The notes beneath the pieces are model-generated. The model did no database searches, had not been told where the DNA came from, and worked only from the letters and a program-made list of their open reading frames with translations. A DNA stretch of 64,000 bases from Takakia lepidozioides (taxonomy: Eukaryota > Plantae > Bryophyta), in contig CM060733.1 of the NCBI GenBank assembly GCA_030704615.1, positions 72,044,001 through 72,108,000 of the forward strand, read 5' to 3'. The translations under genes and the position numbers were made by a program. Of this stretch, positions 63,301 through 64,000 are shown in pieces; position 1 is the stretch's first letter, and every line of letters begins with the position of its first letter.

Positions 63301-63880
63301 ATCCAAGTCATTTTCGTGCAACATCTTTCTCATTGGCAATGTAATAAAAGAACTCTGCAATGTTTGCAAACTCTGGTTTTTGATAAAAATCTGCAGCAGC
63401 CTGAGCAATATACTTCTGACCAGTCCCCTCGGCAAAGCTCACATTCGGATTTCCATACATCCCGCCCCACTTTGTTTCTGGCGGCAGACTAACAGCGAGA
63501 CATTCTCGCGCAGTAGATTTAATTCTTCTTGTGACTGCCCCTACCAATGTTGGATGTTCAATCGTGTCAATCTCCAATGGAAGGGCTATGTGACGTTCCA
63601 TAGATTGGGGCCTACAATCACGGTTGCTTATGCCAGTATTGTGGCCAACACTTGGAAATTGAAATCGGGGTGTGAGAGACCTAGATGTTCGGAGGGTGCT
63701 CCCTGTCGGTGTTCTTGGTTGGGGAAGTAAGCCATAATGTCTTCCATCTACATGTTCAAAGGGAAAATTAAAAGCATAGCTATTGGTAACCTCGCTTGTA
63801 AGGCTTTGTGGATACGTGACAATGTTCACGGCAGGATCTTCTGGTCGTATTACAGTTGTAGCACTCGGTGAAGCTGTCAT
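60334..63880 (-). pseudogene. Divergent HECT-domain E3 ubiquitin ligase-like gene, multi-exon, with lesions in the 5' part; may extend beyond the window
   Basis: EEGTAEIGGPTRNFL resembles the HECT start. WFEELVKSMTFYERHRLHKFITDS...LPYARTCFQEFMIPNY...KIMLAITDGEDVYGMA matches the C-lobe with catalytic Cys. In-frame GT-AG introns 61756-61650 and 61436-61363. Stop/frameshift near 62490 and stop at 63308. Linkage of the upstream ORFs is inferred. Confidence 0.75.
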
Positions 63881-64000
63881 ATTTAAGCAAGTTCTACTTT
63901 CAGCAGCAGCACCTGTTGCAGCGCCTGAAGTCCCTCGTGAGTGTGAGCGAGTTACACCTGCAACGCCAGTAGAAGTCCCTAGGGAGCCAACGTTGGGAGC

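Overview
This is eukaryotic, TE-dense, mostly decayed DNA from a land plant, probably a non-seed lineage. The evidence is spliceosomal introns, a PLS-class PPR remnant and a Pol IV/V largest-subunit remnant. Two unusual mobile-element systems dominate. (1) A MULE-type DNA transposon family: a DDE/SWIM transposase at 12.9-16.5 kb is paired, divergently, with an intron-containing gene that fuses a ParB/Srx-like domain (DGNHR) to a beta-class N6-adenine/N4-cytosine-type DNA methyltransferase. The most complete copy of that gene is at 29.5-34.7 kb; further pieces lie at 3.2, 20-22, 26.6-27.5 and 28.9 kb. Most of these pieces lie next to arrays of a family-specific palindrome with a shared CGGYRCCG core, and two diverged arrays keep a 53-bp spacing. 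(2) A Ty3/Gypsy family whose pol carries a C5-cytosine methyltransferase between protease and RT and ends in a PHD finger. Its ends are not ordinary LTRs: pieced together from three copies they read X-internal-PPT-Y-gc-X-Y (split, permuted repeats), with an apparent self-priming site. Also present: a conventional tRNA-iMet-primed Gypsy element and its solo LTR, LINE fragments, an NSUN6-like gene fragment, and a divergent HECT-domain gene. Nearly all coding regions carry stops or frameshifts. All family assignments come from motifs recognised by eye, not from database searches.
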